From IMG/VR virus record IMGVR_UViG_3300047566_000267, positions 4,126 to 68,125 of that record: 64,000 nucleotides of DNA; one strand, 5' to 3'. The notes under the pieces are model-generated. The model worked only from the letters and a program-made list of their open reading frames with translations, was not told the origin of the DNA and ran no database searches. Source of the DNA: a virus. Made by a program: the position numbers and the translations under genes. This document shows positions 27,077-37,577 of the stretch, piece after piece. Each line of letters begins with the position of its first letter. Positions within the stretch are counted from its first letter, which is position 1.

Positions 27077-28402
27077 ATGATTTTTCCTTATTCCTTTAGA
27101 AAAGCCTACCTTGCAAATCCGGTAGGTGGTGCATTGGTAGTGCAAACTTCAGGTACAACTGATATTGTACAAAAAGGCCAGTTTGGTTTGTGTACAGCTC
27201 CAAATGGTATTGAAGGTTCTTTTATCTCAGGTGCAACTACAAGTACAGTAAAAATGGTTACTGGTAGCTGGCATACTGTTGATAAGATAGCTCCTTTTTA
27301 TGGTGGCCTTCAGGCACCGGAATACAGTAAACTGATTGACTTCCGTAAAGTCACAAGGTTCATTAAATCAACTGCAGCTGCTGCTCAACAGCAGATTGTA
27401 AGCTTTGGTTGGGACCAGACTTCAGGTTCTTCTGTAGGCCCGGTTTTCTACTGTGGTGAGCCTTACTTCCTTCGTCTTGATCTTCTTGGTTCTCCGGCAC
27501 TTCGTCTGTTGAACCACCAATTATATGTTACTCTTCCTGCATATGGTGGATGTTGCAACACAGATTGTTCTTCTGGTTGTACAGCTACTGCCGTAGATGC
27601 TGCATGCATTATGCTTCAGTGGAGTGACTTTATGAACTATGGTACATACAATCCTGGTATTGGTGCACCTTCAATGAACTCACAGGCAGGTCAGATTCCT
27701 TACCTGAATCAGTTCTTCCAGCCAGCTGTTTACATTCAGTCAGGTGCAACTAAAGTACGTGTATACAGCCAGGCAGATGTTGATGCTGGTGTACCAGGTG
27801 CTACTACTGCATATGTATGTAACACAGCTAACCCTACTTCAGTGGTTGCTTCTTTCCAGCTGACAGGTGCTTATTACCAGACAAACTATGGTAACTGTAC
27901 TTTTACACCATCAGATTACTTTGAGATAGAACCTATTTTCTGTAAAGCTTCTCTGATGACCGGTGATTTCAGCAATGATGCAAACTGGGGTACTTGTGCA
28001 GTACACACAACTATTAATACATCAGTGCCTAACCTGTACACTCAGTTGCAAGCTCCGGTTTATCCTAAAGGTCTTGGTGAGCAGGTTGTCCGTGAACTTA
28101 TCCTTTCACATAGGTATAAGCAAGATCACTTTGCTGATAGCATTTTTGTGGACAGTTTCCGTATGAGGGAAATTGAAAACCAGAGTTGGATATTGGACAA
28201 TGTAAACCGTCAGGGTTACTATGATTCAATTGCTTTGGTGTACAACATCTTCCGTCCTCAGAACAGCCAAGCTGTACATGACAATGACGAGTATGTAGAA
28301 ATTATCTATGTACCAACAGGTACCACTACTACTACTTGGACTACTTTAATTCAGTCATGTCTGACTGCAGTAGGTAGCCCGGTAGTTTTGGAAAACATCT
28401 AG
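27077..28402 (+). CDS. abundant structural protein (auxiliary capsid protein, crAss gene 73-like)
   Basis: MCP-like codon bias, own promoter and terminator, C-terminal IIYVP motif. Confidence 0.7.
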   Translation: MIFPYSFRKAYLANPVGGALVVQTSGTTDIVQKGQFGLCTAPNGIEGSFISGATTSTVKMVTGSWHTVDKIAPFYGGLQAPEYSKLIDFRKVTRFIKSTAAAAQQQIVSFGWDQTSGSSVGPVFYCGEPYFLRLDLLGSPALRLLNHQLYVTLPAYGGCCNTDCSSGCTATAVDAACIMLQWSDFMNYGTYNPGIGAPSMNSQAGQIPYLNQFFQPAVYIQSGATKVRVYSQADVDAGVPGATTAYVCNTANPTSVVASFQLTGAYYQTNYGNCTFTPSDYFEIEPIFCKASLMTGDFSNDANWGTCAVHTTINTSVPNLYTQLQAPVYPKGLGEQVVRELILSHRYKQDHFADSIFVDSFRMREIENQSWILDNVNRQGYYDSIALVYNIFRPQNSQAVHDNDEYVEIIYVPTGTTTTTWTTLIQSCLTAVGSPVVLENI

Positions 28403-28424
28403 TAAGTACAATTCATAAACCAAG

Positions 28425-28460
28425 AAGGGGTAAGGGTAGAGTAATCCCCTTACCCCTTTT
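28425..28460 (+). terminator. rho-independent terminator
   Basis: AAGGGGTAAGGG/CCCTTACCCCTT followed by T-rich sequence. Confidence 0.75.
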
Positions 28461-28471
28461 AATTTTTCAAC

Positions 28472-29026
28472 ATGGGTAGACATATTTTATCTCTCAATAT
28501 CCCGGATGTTACTAACGAAGGGATCTTTCTTATAGATGATACATCTATATACGACAGCTCTTTGCCGGTTAGTTGTCCTAACCTACAGATACTTCCACCT
28601 GGGGCAAGTCATCCTTCTGTGGTGGAACCAGCTTCCTCTGGCTTTAGGTTAGTACTGAATGCATGCACTATGGGGCTGATGTCTCCTTCCAGTTGCTCAG
28701 ATGCTTGTCCTGGTTTACCTGATGGTATTTACAACATCAGATACTCTGTTTCTCCCAATGATAAAGTGTGGGTAGAGTATAAGGTATTTCGGATTACTCA
28801 TGCTGTCAACAGGTGGCATGATCTTCTTTGCCGGGTAAACTTGGCCCCTTGTCTTCCTGACAACAGGGTAGAGTATCAGTTAAAAGAGTTGGATATCATT
28901 TATGACTATCTTATTTCGGCAAAAGTAACTTGTGAGGATAAGCACATTTTTGATGATGCTGTGAATCAATATAGGTATGCTATATCTTTAATGGATAAAT
29001 TTGCATACAAAAAACCAACTTGCTAA
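28472..29026 (+). CDS. crAss-like structural protein
   Basis: DTSIY...LPDGIYNIRYSVSP motif. Confidence 0.7.
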   Translation: MGRHILSLNIPDVTNEGIFLIDDTSIYDSSLPVSCPNLQILPPGASHPSVVEPASSGFRLVLNACTMGLMSPSSCSDACPGLPDGIYNIRYSVSPNDKVWVEYKVFRITHAVNRWHDLLCRVNLAPCLPDNRVEYQLKELDIIYDYLISAKVTCEDKHIFDDAVNQYRYAISLMDKFAYKKPTC

Positions 29027-29190
29027 TGCATAATCAATCAAATAATTGCCCGGTATGTGGCAGATGTTTCTGTGGTGTTACAAAAGTGTTTGCTATTAAT
29101 GGGCAAGCAGTATGTGTAATTTGTAAACCTAATTATGAAAAAAGTCTGTCCAATTCAACACAAACAGTCATTACTCCTATTAAAAGATGA
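29026..29190 (+). CDS. 54-aa Cys-rich protein (not in ORF track)
   Basis: Coupled on both sides (TAATG and ATGA); CPVCGRCFCG...CVIC. Confidence 0.6.
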   Translation: MHNQSNNCPVCGRCFCGVTKVFAINGQAVCVICKPNYEKSLSNSTQTVITPIKR

Positions 29191-29798
29191 TAAACTTAAA
29201 AGACCATATTAAGAGTATCAACTGTGACTACACAGAGACTCTTTATTCTCTGTATATGAAAGGAGAATGGGGTATAACAACAGGGTATATCCCAAAGCCA
29301 TTGCCAATAGTAAGGATGCAAAAAAGACTGGCTGACTGGCAATTGTCTATGGATTGTAATGGCAGCCTTTGTGTTAAATCACGGGCTACTTTTAAACCAT
29401 GTGCTGTATGTGTTCCGGAGCCCTACTCAAAGGTTGTTACATATCCTACCTGGGGGAATTCTCCTTTTCCTCAGATTGATGAAGTGTATGATTGTACCCG
29501 GCCATGGTCTAGTTCTATTCCTGCTGTAATGCAGAACATAAACATAACAGTTCCTCCTTTATTTACTTTGCAGTATACTGTAGGATCTGTGGAAGGACCA
29601 GTGATTGGTTCTAATACTTTTGCTCCTACAGATAGTTTTGGTAATCATGTACTTATAGGAAAGACAATAGATCTATTTCAGCTGACTGTTCTTCAGGCAG
29701 GTGTAGATTATTCTTTTGACACTGCTTCAGGTATAATAACTCTTCTGTCAGGAAGGATTTTTAATGGAGGTGAAGTTTACACTATAATATCGTTTTAA
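29187..29798 (+). CDS. putative structural protein
   Basis: Coupled ORF with a beta-rich C-terminus. Confidence 0.65.
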   Translation: MINLKDHIKSINCDYTETLYSLYMKGEWGITTGYIPKPLPIVRMQKRLADWQLSMDCNGSLCVKSRATFKPCAVCVPEPYSKVVTYPTWGNSPFPQIDEVYDCTRPWSSSIPAVMQNINITVPPLFTLQYTVGSVEGPVIGSNTFAPTDSFGNHVLIGKTIDLFQLTVLQAGVDYSFDTASGIITLLSGRIFNGGEVYTIISF

Positions 29799-29800
29799 GA

Positions 29801-31483
29801 ATGTCACAGTTATATATAAAAGCTTTTAACTATGGTAATCTATGGCAGAGGGGAGATTTCCCCGTAGCTTTGGCTATACCTGCTTATGCAGTATTACCAG
29901 CTGCCAGTGCTATGACCACATCTCTCAGAGATGGGCTTTTGGCTGTGGAAACTTCTACCAATACTTTGAAGTGGTACTCTAGTGGGGCCTGGCATAATGC
30001 TATAGGCACCGGTACTGTAACTTCTATAACAGCATCTGCCCCGCTGACAGGTGGAGTGATTACTACTTCTGGGGCTATAGGTATTGATCAGGCATCTTCT
30101 TCTGTAGATGGTTATTTGGCAGCTACTGATTGGACAACTTTTAATAATAAAGTAAGTCAGGTTAATACAGGTACGGGTCTTACAGGTGGGCCTATTACAA
30201 GTACTGGTACAATATCATTAGCTAATACCTCAGTAATACCTGGTAGTTATATAAGTGCAGATATTACAATAGATGCACAAGGCAGAATAATTGCTGCTAC
30301 TAATGGTACTTCTGCAACTTCAGGTTTATCTGGTACCAGTGGTATTAATGGGACATCTGGTATTAATGGTACAAGTGGGTCATCAGGTAGTTTTGGAACA
30401 AGTGGTACCTCAGGAAGTAATGGTTTAGTAGGTTCTAATGGGACATCTGGAAGTTCAGGAACTTCTGGGGTAAACGGAACTTCCGGATCTACTGGTGCAG
30501 CTGGTACTAGTGGAACAAGAGGTACTTCTGGTACATCAGGCAATAATGGTACAAATGGTGTTTCAGGCTCTTCAGGAACTTCTGGTGTATCAGGAAGTTC
30601 TGGTACTAGTGGTGGAACTGGTTCTAGTGGGGTGGCTGGTACGTCAGGTACTTCTGGCACTAATGGTACTTCTGGTGTTAATGGTTCAAACGGTACTTCT
30701 GGAACATCAGGTTCGAATGGTGCTAATGGATTTTCTGGAACTTCAGGCACAAATGGCTCTAATGGTACTTCAGGAGTGAGTGGTACTTCTGGTTCATCAG
30801 GTGGTACAGGTAGCAATGGTACAAGTGGTACAAATGGAGTTGGTACAAATGGTACTTCTGGTACATCTGGAGCAAATGGTATTTTAGGAACAAATGGAAC
30901 TTCTGGAATTAATGGGGCAAATGGAACAAGTGGTGTAAATGGTACATCAGGATCTTCTGGTAATACTGGAAGTTCTGGTACATCTGGTGTTAATGGTAGT
31001 AATGGTACATCTGGTAATACTGGATCATCTGGTACTTCAGGTAATAATGGTACTAGTGGTAATAATGGTACTAGTGGAACTAGTGGAGCTAATGGCACAA
31101 GTGGGGGTAATGGCACAAGTGGTACATCAGGGTCATCAGCTTCACTTACACCTGCTACTGGACTTATAGAATCTATTTCTTTTCAAGATGGTAACTCAGG
31201 TATAGCTGCTCAAACCTATACTCTTGATTTATATGCAGAATATGGGTACACTATTAATGAGTTAAGAATTATAGCAAATGGTGGTACTTGTACAGCTGCT
31301 GTACAAATAAATGGAGTAAGTGTTACAGGTATAACAGCTGTATCTGTTTCTACTGTAATGGCAGTAGGTCTTGCAACTGGTGTAGGAAATACTGTTGTAG
31401 CTACTAATAAAGTAACACTTGTTATTTCAAGTACATCCAGTTTAAATGTACTTCAAGCTACATTAAAAACAACAAGAACTTAA
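29801..31483 (+). CDS. fibre protein with a long Gly-X-Y (G-T-S / G-x-N) repeat shaft
   Basis: GTVTSI/TGTGLTGGPIT fibre motifs, then about 280 aa of GTSGSSGTSGxNGTS repeats. Confidence 0.85.
   Translation: MSQLYIKAFNYGNLWQRGDFPVALAIPAYAVLPAASAMTTSLRDGLLAVETSTNTLKWYSSGAWHNAIGTGTVTSITASAPLTGGVITTSGAIGIDQASSSVDGYLAATDWTTFNNKVSQVNTGTGLTGGPITSTGTISLANTSVIPGSYISADITIDAQGRIIAATNGTSATSGLSGTSGINGTSGINGTSGSSGSFGTSGTSGSNGLVGSNGTSGSSGTSGVNGTSGSTGAAGTSGTRGTSGTSGNNGTNGVSGSSGTSGVSGSSGTSGGTGSSGVAGTSGTSGTNGTSGVNGSNGTSGTSGSNGANGFSGTSGTNGSNGTSGVSGTSGSSGGTGSNGTSGTNGVGTNGTSGTSGANGILGTNGTSGINGANGTSGVNGTSGSSGNTGSSGTSGVNGSNGTSGNTGSSGTSGNNGTSGNNGTSGTSGANGTSGGNGTSGTSGSSASLTPATGLIESISFQDGNSGIAAQTYTLDLYAEYGYTINELRIIANGGTCTAAVQINGVSVTGITAVSVSTVMAVGLATGVGNTVVATNKVTLVISSTSSLNVLQATLKTTRT
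30300..31140 (+). repeat. 9-nt period coding repeat (Gly every third residue)
   Basis: Degenerate GGT ACT TCT / GGA ACA TCA / AAT GGT units. Confidence 0.85.
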
Positions 31484-32328
31484 TGGCTAGAAGAATAATT
31501 ATAATACCGGCTGCAACATCTGGATACCTTGCCGTAACTAATGCATATCTAAACTCTGATGCTGCACTATCTAGTCTTACTACAACAAAAAAAGATGCTA
31601 TAGACAGATGGTTTAGAGACCTTAATGGTTACTCAAATCCTAGTTATACTACTTATGATGTGTGGAGTAGGGTTGTAGTTCTTTATCCTTTTATAGGGGG
31701 TACTTCAACTTCTCTTGGAAAAAATGCAGCATCTCCAGGAACTTATGATATGACTCATAATGGTTCTCCAACATTTAATGCTAATAGTATATCATATGCT
31801 GGCACTGCTGGTGCAGCACAGTATTCTAATACTAACTTTGTATGTAATGGGCTTACAACTTTAGCAACATCGGATTTTTCAGGATATGCTATACACAGAA
31901 TGGATACTAATGCAGATACTAATGCAACAGTTGGTGCTTTGGGAGGAGGTAATTCTTATGCTTATTTTAATTATGCTAGTATTGGTGCATTATTATTTTT
32001 AACAAACGGAGTACAAACCCATCCTGGTTATCCAGGTAATATTTATACACCATCTAATTCTTTTTATGCTGGTTATTTTAGTGGTGCTGCTACAGCCCGT
32101 TTAAATACAAATGGATCTTTATTTTCAACAGTGTCTTCTGTTTTTGCAGCTGGTCCTAGTAGAGCAATGCTTATAGGAGCTTTTAACTCAGGTACAATAG
32201 GATATGGGGGCCCTACTACACCAGATTTCTATATGAGTGTAAAGGGGGCATGGACTAGTGCAGAAATGATAGCTGTGTATACTGCAACAAAAACTTTAAA
32301 AGCTGTATTAGGAGTAACCTGGAACTAA
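31483..32328 (+). CDS. putative fibre-associated or receptor-binding protein (lectin/ConA-like)
   Basis: Coupled to the fibre gene; YPFIGGT motif; aromatic/Ser/Thr beta-rich. Confidence 0.6.
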   Translation: MARRIIIIPAATSGYLAVTNAYLNSDAALSSLTTTKKDAIDRWFRDLNGYSNPSYTTYDVWSRVVVLYPFIGGTSTSLGKNAASPGTYDMTHNGSPTFNANSISYAGTAGAAQYSNTNFVCNGLTTLATSDFSGYAIHRMDTNADTNATVGALGGGNSYAYFNYASIGALLFLTNGVQTHPGYPGNIYTPSNSFYAGYFSGAATARLNTNGSLFSTVSSVFAAGPSRAMLIGAFNSGTIGYGGPTTPDFYMSVKGAWTSAEMIAVYTATKTLKAVLGVTWN

Positions 32329-32344
32329 TAATAAAATATTTATT

Positions 32345-32575
32345 ATGGAAACTTATATAATTATTAATCAGTACATAGTAGACCAATATTCAGGCAAAGA
32401 ATCAACAGTAAATCCAACTTCTTTTTTTGGATACGGACAAACTTTAAATGGGGATTTTGTAACTCATATTAATACTTTGGTTGATTTTCCGGAATTAAAA
32501 GAATTAAAAGATTTACCAGTAATAAATCTTAGACAAGATGAGTTTCCTTCTACTCCACTTATTTTAGAAAGTTAA
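32345..32575 (+). CDS. hypothetical protein (possible fibre chaperone)
   Basis: Small ORF in the fibre cassette. Confidence 0.55.
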   Translation: METYIIINQYIVDQYSGKESTVNPTSFFGYGQTLNGDFVTHINTLVDFPELKELKDLPVINLRQDEFPSTPLILES

Positions 32576-32594
32576 AATGTAGTACATTTGTACT

Positions 32595-34490
32595 ATGCAA
32601 AAACTTCTTTTTGTAACTCCTCATTTATCTACTGGTGGCCTTCCTCAATACTTAGCCAAACAAGTTGAACTCCTTTGTACTGAATATAATATTTATGTAG
32701 TAGAGTATAATGATGTTACAGGTGGAGTGTTTGTTGTACAAAAAAATAAGATTAAAAGTCTTATAGGAGACAGATTAATTACACTTCTTTTTCCTCAGCA
32801 GCTACACAGAATATTGGATTCTATTCAACCAGATGTTATACATATTGCAGAGTTTTCAGAATCCTTTATAGTACCTGATTTGTTAAAAATAATTTATAGT
32901 CCGGATAGAAAATACAAAATATTTGAAACCTCTCATGGTTCTCACTATCAACAAAAAAGTTATTTACCAGATGCTTTTGTATTTGTTAGTCCATCTCAGA
33001 TAAACCAATACAAAGATTTAAACATACCTATGTATTTGGTAGAGTATCCCATTGAGCAATACACAAGAGGAAACAGATCAGAAGGACTTAAATTACTAGG
33101 ATTAAATCCAGCAAAAAAACATGTTTTAAATGTTGGTTTATTTACACCTAGTAAAAATCAAGCTGAGATATTTGAGTATGCCCGGTTACTTCCTGATATT
33201 GAGTTTCATTTTGTAGGAAACCAAGCTGTTAATTTTAGTGAATATTGGATGCCTTTAATGAATGGCAAACCAAAAAATTGTACTGTATGGGGGGAAAGAA
33301 ATGATGTAGACAGTTTTTACAATTGTATGGATTTGCTTTTGTTTACATCACAATTGGAACTTAACCCATTAGTTATTAGAGAAGGTATAAGTTGGAGTAT
33401 TCCTATATTGATGTACAACCTTCCTGTTTATAATAACAACTATGACTCTTATAAGAATATTGAGTTTCTTTTTGGTGATAAAAAAAGAAATTTAAAGTTG
33501 ATAAAGGGGGAAACAATTTCTAAGAGTACAGAAATAGTAGTTATAACTGCATACCCAGATACAGAACAAAAAATGAGTTATCTAAATGAGCTCATAGACA
33601 ATATTACTTCTTTTGGCTATGATATAATGATTAGTACTCACTACCCTATACCTGATATAGTTAAGGACAAAGTAACTTATAATGTAGTAGATTGTACTGA
33701 CAATCTTCTTTATAAAGAAGAATATGAAAAATATGGTGTAGTCAATACTGTGTACAATGTTAATGATGACAGAAAACTTATAAAGTCAACTGACTATACA
33801 CATGGGTATGCTGTATGGACATTGTGGGAAAATGCTGTTTTGTATTTAAAAGAAGTAGACTGGTATGACAAGATTCATTTTATAGACTATGATTGCATAG
33901 TACAGGACAGAAGATATTTAGAAAACCACTCAGCTTTACTTGATCAAAATGATTTTGTTTTTTACAAGTCAACTGATTATTACAATACTGAAAACAGAGT
34001 AACTACTAATTTGTTTTCTGCCCAAGCAAATGCTGCTTATCAACTTTTTACAACTATTGGAAGTAAAAAAGACTTTTTTGTAAATGGGTACAATACTTCA
34101 GTGATAGAAGATTTTTTACACAAACTACTTGGCAAGTACAGATATAAGTATGCAAACTTGCCAGCTGCTGATTTACACAGGTTTGGTACTAAGTACAATA
34201 TGGTAAATATTACCAATTTAGAGCTAACAGATTTTCAATTTGATAGTTTTAAGTTTAATGTTTATAGCTACTCAGATACACATGATTTGCTTTACCTGAA
34301 TAATCTTAATGATGGTTTGTTGGTGGATTCTACTTATTACTCAGAGTTACCAGGGGAATCTATTTACCTGATACCAAAGATGGAAACACATAAAATAGAC
34401 TATCAAAACAGAGAAATTATTATTGACATGCCGGTACATTCAAAATACAACAGTATAGAGATATACAATAAAAATATTGTAAAAAAATGA
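32595..34490 (+). CDS. two-domain glycosyltransferase (N-terminal GT4, C-terminal DxD GT-A-like)
   Basis: PHLSTGG, VLNVGLFTPSKNQ, DLLLFTS.LELNPLVIRE; second domain HFIDYD. Confidence 0.85.
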   Translation: MQKLLFVTPHLSTGGLPQYLAKQVELLCTEYNIYVVEYNDVTGGVFVVQKNKIKSLIGDRLITLLFPQQLHRILDSIQPDVIHIAEFSESFIVPDLLKIIYSPDRKYKIFETSHGSHYQQKSYLPDAFVFVSPSQINQYKDLNIPMYLVEYPIEQYTRGNRSEGLKLLGLNPAKKHVLNVGLFTPSKNQAEIFEYARLLPDIEFHFVGNQAVNFSEYWMPLMNGKPKNCTVWGERNDVDSFYNCMDLLLFTSQLELNPLVIREGISWSIPILMYNLPVYNNNYDSYKNIEFLFGDKKRNLKLIKGETISKSTEIVVITAYPDTEQKMSYLNELIDNITSFGYDIMISTHYPIPDIVKDKVTYNVVDCTDNLLYKEEYEKYGVVNTVYNVNDDRKLIKSTDYTHGYAVWTLWENAVLYLKEVDWYDKIHFIDYDCIVQDRRYLENHSALLDQNDFVFYKSTDYYNTENRVTTNLFSAQANAAYQLFTTIGSKKDFFVNGYNTSVIEDFLHKLLGKYRYKYANLPAADLHRFGTKYNMVNITNLELTDFQFDSFKFNVYSYSDTHDLLYLNNLNDGLLVDSTYYSELPGESIYLIPKMETHKIDYQNREIIIDMPVHSKYNSIEIYNKNIVKK

Positions 34491-35677
34491 AAGATCTCCT
34501 TTTAAGTATTTACAATAAGACTACAATAGATAACCGGCCTATCCTTGTTTGGAAAAATGATATAAGTATTTCATTTATTTTAGGAGCCAATGTACGTATC
34601 TCAGGAAATGTACCTGCTTCTTATAAAGTAGAGTTTATTGATCAAGATACCGGTATAATAGATTATGTAACTACTATAGGTAATAACCAGTGGTGCAAAA
34701 CAAACAAAGAATACTGTATTAACTGGCTTATTAATGTCTATGAAAATAATCAACTAATAGATAGTCATTCTTTTAATCCTGCAGGTAAAAGAGTACTGAT
34801 TTATTTTGATTCAAAAGCTCTTGGAGATACAGTAGCCTGGTTTGCTAAAGTAGATCAGTTTCAAAAGAAACATAGTTGCAATGTAATAGTATCTACTTAT
34901 CATAATTACCTGTTTGAAAAAGAATATCCTTATATAGAATTTGTGGAGCCTGGAACAGAAGTACCTAATTTGTATGCTCAATATACTGTGGGATTCTTTC
35001 ATGCAGGAAAAAAAGCTGACTATAATAGGTCTCCTATAAATTGCAGAACAAAGTCTCTTCAGGATAGTGCAAGTGCTGTACTTAATCTTTTTTCTGCAGA
35101 ATCCCGGCCAAAGATAACACTACCACAAACATCTACAGATATTGAAGGAAAGTATGTAGTTATAGCTCCACATGCTTCTAGCCATGCTAAATATTGGAAT
35201 AATCCAGGGGGATGGCAAATAGTAATTGATTACTTAAATTCTATTGGGTACAAAGTAGTAATGATTACTCAAGAAAAACTAGGAGACCCATTACATGATA
35301 ATAAGTTATATGGAAAATTACAGAATGTAATAGATAAAACAGGAGATATCCCTATACAAGAAAGGTTAATAGATATAAAAGGAGCAGCTTTGTTTATAGG
35401 ACTTGGCTCTGGATTATCATGGTTATCTTGGGCCTTAGGAACAAAAACTATTTTAATATCTGGATTTAGTCTTCCTCATACAGAGTTTCAGGATTGTATT
35501 AGAATTAGCCCTACCAACCCATTTACCTGCTCAGGATGTTTTAACAGAGAGTGGTTAGACCCAGGAGATTGGGACTGGTGCCCAGAACATAAGGACTCTG
35601 AAAGAGCATTTGAGTGTACAAAAAAAATATTACCAGAAACTGTCATACAAGCTATTAATAGTATAATTAAAAAATAG
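34487..35677 (+). CDS. Aah/TibC-family (BAHT) autotransporter O-heptosyltransferase-like enzyme
   Basis: ALGDTVAW, FIGLGSGLSWLSWA, ISGFS.P.TEF, and a four-Cys motif CSGC-x13-C-x11-C (WCPEH...FECTKKI). Confidence 0.85.
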   Translation: MKDLLLSIYNKTTIDNRPILVWKNDISISFILGANVRISGNVPASYKVEFIDQDTGIIDYVTTIGNNQWCKTNKEYCINWLINVYENNQLIDSHSFNPAGKRVLIYFDSKALGDTVAWFAKVDQFQKKHSCNVIVSTYHNYLFEKEYPYIEFVEPGTEVPNLYAQYTVGFFHAGKKADYNRSPINCRTKSLQDSASAVLNLFSAESRPKITLPQTSTDIEGKYVVIAPHASSHAKYWNNPGGWQIVIDYLNSIGYKVVMITQEKLGDPLHDNKLYGKLQNVIDKTGDIPIQERLIDIKGAALFIGLGSGLSWLSWALGTKTILISGFSLPHTEFQDCIRISPTNPFTCSGCFNREWLDPGDWDWCPEHKDSERAFECTKKILPETVIQAINSIIKK

Positions 35678-35766
35678 TTTATGTTTACAGTGTTCTTCCT
35701 TTTTTAAAAAATTAAAAGGTCTATTATTTGTATTTCATAAACTTTTTAGTATCTTAATAGTGTAAT

Positions 35767-36375
35767 ATGGAACCGGTAAGTAGTAATAATCAATCAAAGA
35801 CCTGTGGACAGGTAATTGGATCTGGGTGTGTATCCTGGGAAGGACCTTCATTGCCCGGTTGTATAGATGTATGCAAAGGTGCTACAGTAACTGATGTTGT
35901 GTATAAAGAAGCACAGCTTTTGTGTAATTTAATTACTGACCTGAATACTCTGGAGAATACTCCGGCCCCAACAGTTGACTTTACACAGTTAAACCTTGGT
36001 TGTCTTTGGACTCCTACTGTTACAGTTTGGATATGTCCTGTAGGACAGACTTTTGTACCAGATACTTCTGCTTCTAATGGAGCCGGGTATTGTCAGATAT
36101 GTAATCCATCATGTACACTGACAACTGCTACACCAATAGCTACAACAGTACCAAATCCAGTAGCTAAGCCCAATACATTATTGGGTGTGCTTCAATTGAT
36201 TATAAACAAAACTCCATGTTGTGACCCTTGTGGTGTAAAATATTGCTGTGATGGTGCCTATACGTGGATAAGTCCTTCTGCTACAGGTAACCCAGTACTT
36301 TACCCAATAGGTGCATGCTCACAGGATGGAACACCATCTACTATTGTACCTGGTGTAGTACCTTATAAATGTTAA
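35767..36375 (+). CDS. Cys-rich structural protein
   Basis: CVSWEGP.LP.C motif; many Cys. Confidence 0.7.
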   Translation: MEPVSSNNQSKTCGQVIGSGCVSWEGPSLPGCIDVCKGATVTDVVYKEAQLLCNLITDLNTLENTPAPTVDFTQLNLGCLWTPTVTVWICPVGQTFVPDTSASNGAGYCQICNPSCTLTTATPIATTVPNPVAKPNTLLGVLQLIINKTPCCDPCGVKYCCDGAYTWISPSATGNPVLYPIGACSQDGTPSTIVPGVVPYKC

Positions 36376-36381
36376 CAAAAA

Positions 36382-37575
36382 ATGGCACAACTACAACCAT
36401 ATGTAAGTAATGTACCTCTTCAGGTAGCCAAGAATCTAAGGTTTCTTGACAGTAATGGTATTCCTGTTACTGAACTTTTACCTATTGGTATGAATGGTAC
36501 TATAGTGGCAGATAGCCCTACTACCGGTTACATATCATGTATTGGTGCTGCAGTTAGTTCCCAGATTGATCTTTATAACAATGTTAGTAATACTCTGATT
36601 CAGTATGGCCAGGATATTTCTACTTTACAATCAGAGGTAGCAGCTTTACAAGCATCAGGTACTACTATACCAGTAGTAAATGGGTATTGTTTTAGCAATA
36701 ATGTTCTTACCCCTATTACTACAATAACAGAACTAATAGCTCAAAATTCTTGTGATTATAATACTGTACTAGGTACAACATCTGCACTGGCTTCTTCTGT
36801 TTTAGTTGAAGCCCCTGGCACATTGAATAGTTTACCTGCCTTTAGCCAAAACAGTGCTATGGCTGGTTTATCAGGATGGGTAAGTAATCCACTTACAATA
36901 GCAGATGCTGTAAATAATTTATGGTTATCTTACCTGGATTCCAGGGCAGGTGTTAGTAAAGCTATTAATGCTGTAATACCTACTTGCTCTCAGGTTATAG
37001 TAGACTTCCAGCCGGTGTATAGTTCTAGCCTGGGTGGTTTTAATATTTACTTCAGTGGGTATAGTTTCATACCATCCGGGTATGGAGATAATGGAAGTAC
37101 TATTACTATAACAGATGGTAAAGGTGGAATTTTGGAAGTAGGGTTTAGTATTGTTGAACAAGCAGCCAGCACTAATCCTTTATTCATTGCTTCTTCCGGC
37201 TCTGCTCTTTCTCCTATTGCTGCATCCTACCAGGTAGAAGTAATGGCTTCTGTGTCTAATGCAGGTATTGGATCTAACTGTGTAAAAACAGTTATCAGGA
37301 GTACTCAGAGTGCTCAGGTAAGTAATTCCATAGGAGCATATATTGCAACCATATCAGGAACTGTTGCAACTATACCAATAGTGGCTGGGTTGTCCTATAA
37401 TCCATCTATGGTGTATCCGACAGCTGGTAATGCTTATACCGGTACTCTACTCCAGGCAAATGCTTATTACATAAGTTATGTGTCAGGAGGAGCTAACTTG
37501 AACTTTGTAACACCTCCGGATACAGGCAATGGAGGGGTAATTGAAATTAATTGGGCTGCTTATAAATCAGGATAA
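36382..37575 (+). CDS. putative fibre/structural protein
   Basis: Short coiled coil plus S/T-rich beta region. Confidence 0.7.
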   Translation: MAQLQPYVSNVPLQVAKNLRFLDSNGIPVTELLPIGMNGTIVADSPTTGYISCIGAAVSSQIDLYNNVSNTLIQYGQDISTLQSEVAALQASGTTIPVVNGYCFSNNVLTPITTITELIAQNSCDYNTVLGTTSALASSVLVEAPGTLNSLPAFSQNSAMAGLSGWVSNPLTIADAVNNLWLSYLDSRAGVSKAINAVIPTCSQVIVDFQPVYSSSLGGFNIYFSGYSFIPSGYGDNGSTITITDGKGGILEVGFSIVEQAASTNPLFIASSGSALSPIAASYQVEVMASVSNAGIGSNCVKTVIRSTQSAQVSNSIGAYIATISGTVATIPIVAGLSYNPSMVYPTAGNAYTGTLLQANAYYISYVSGGANLNFVTPPDTGNGGVIEINWAAYKSG

Positions 37576-37577
37576 TA

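Noticed and set aside
30247-31116. 289-aa Pro/Val-rich antisense ORF
   Set aside because: Shadow of the Gly-Thr-Ser repeat on the opposite strand.
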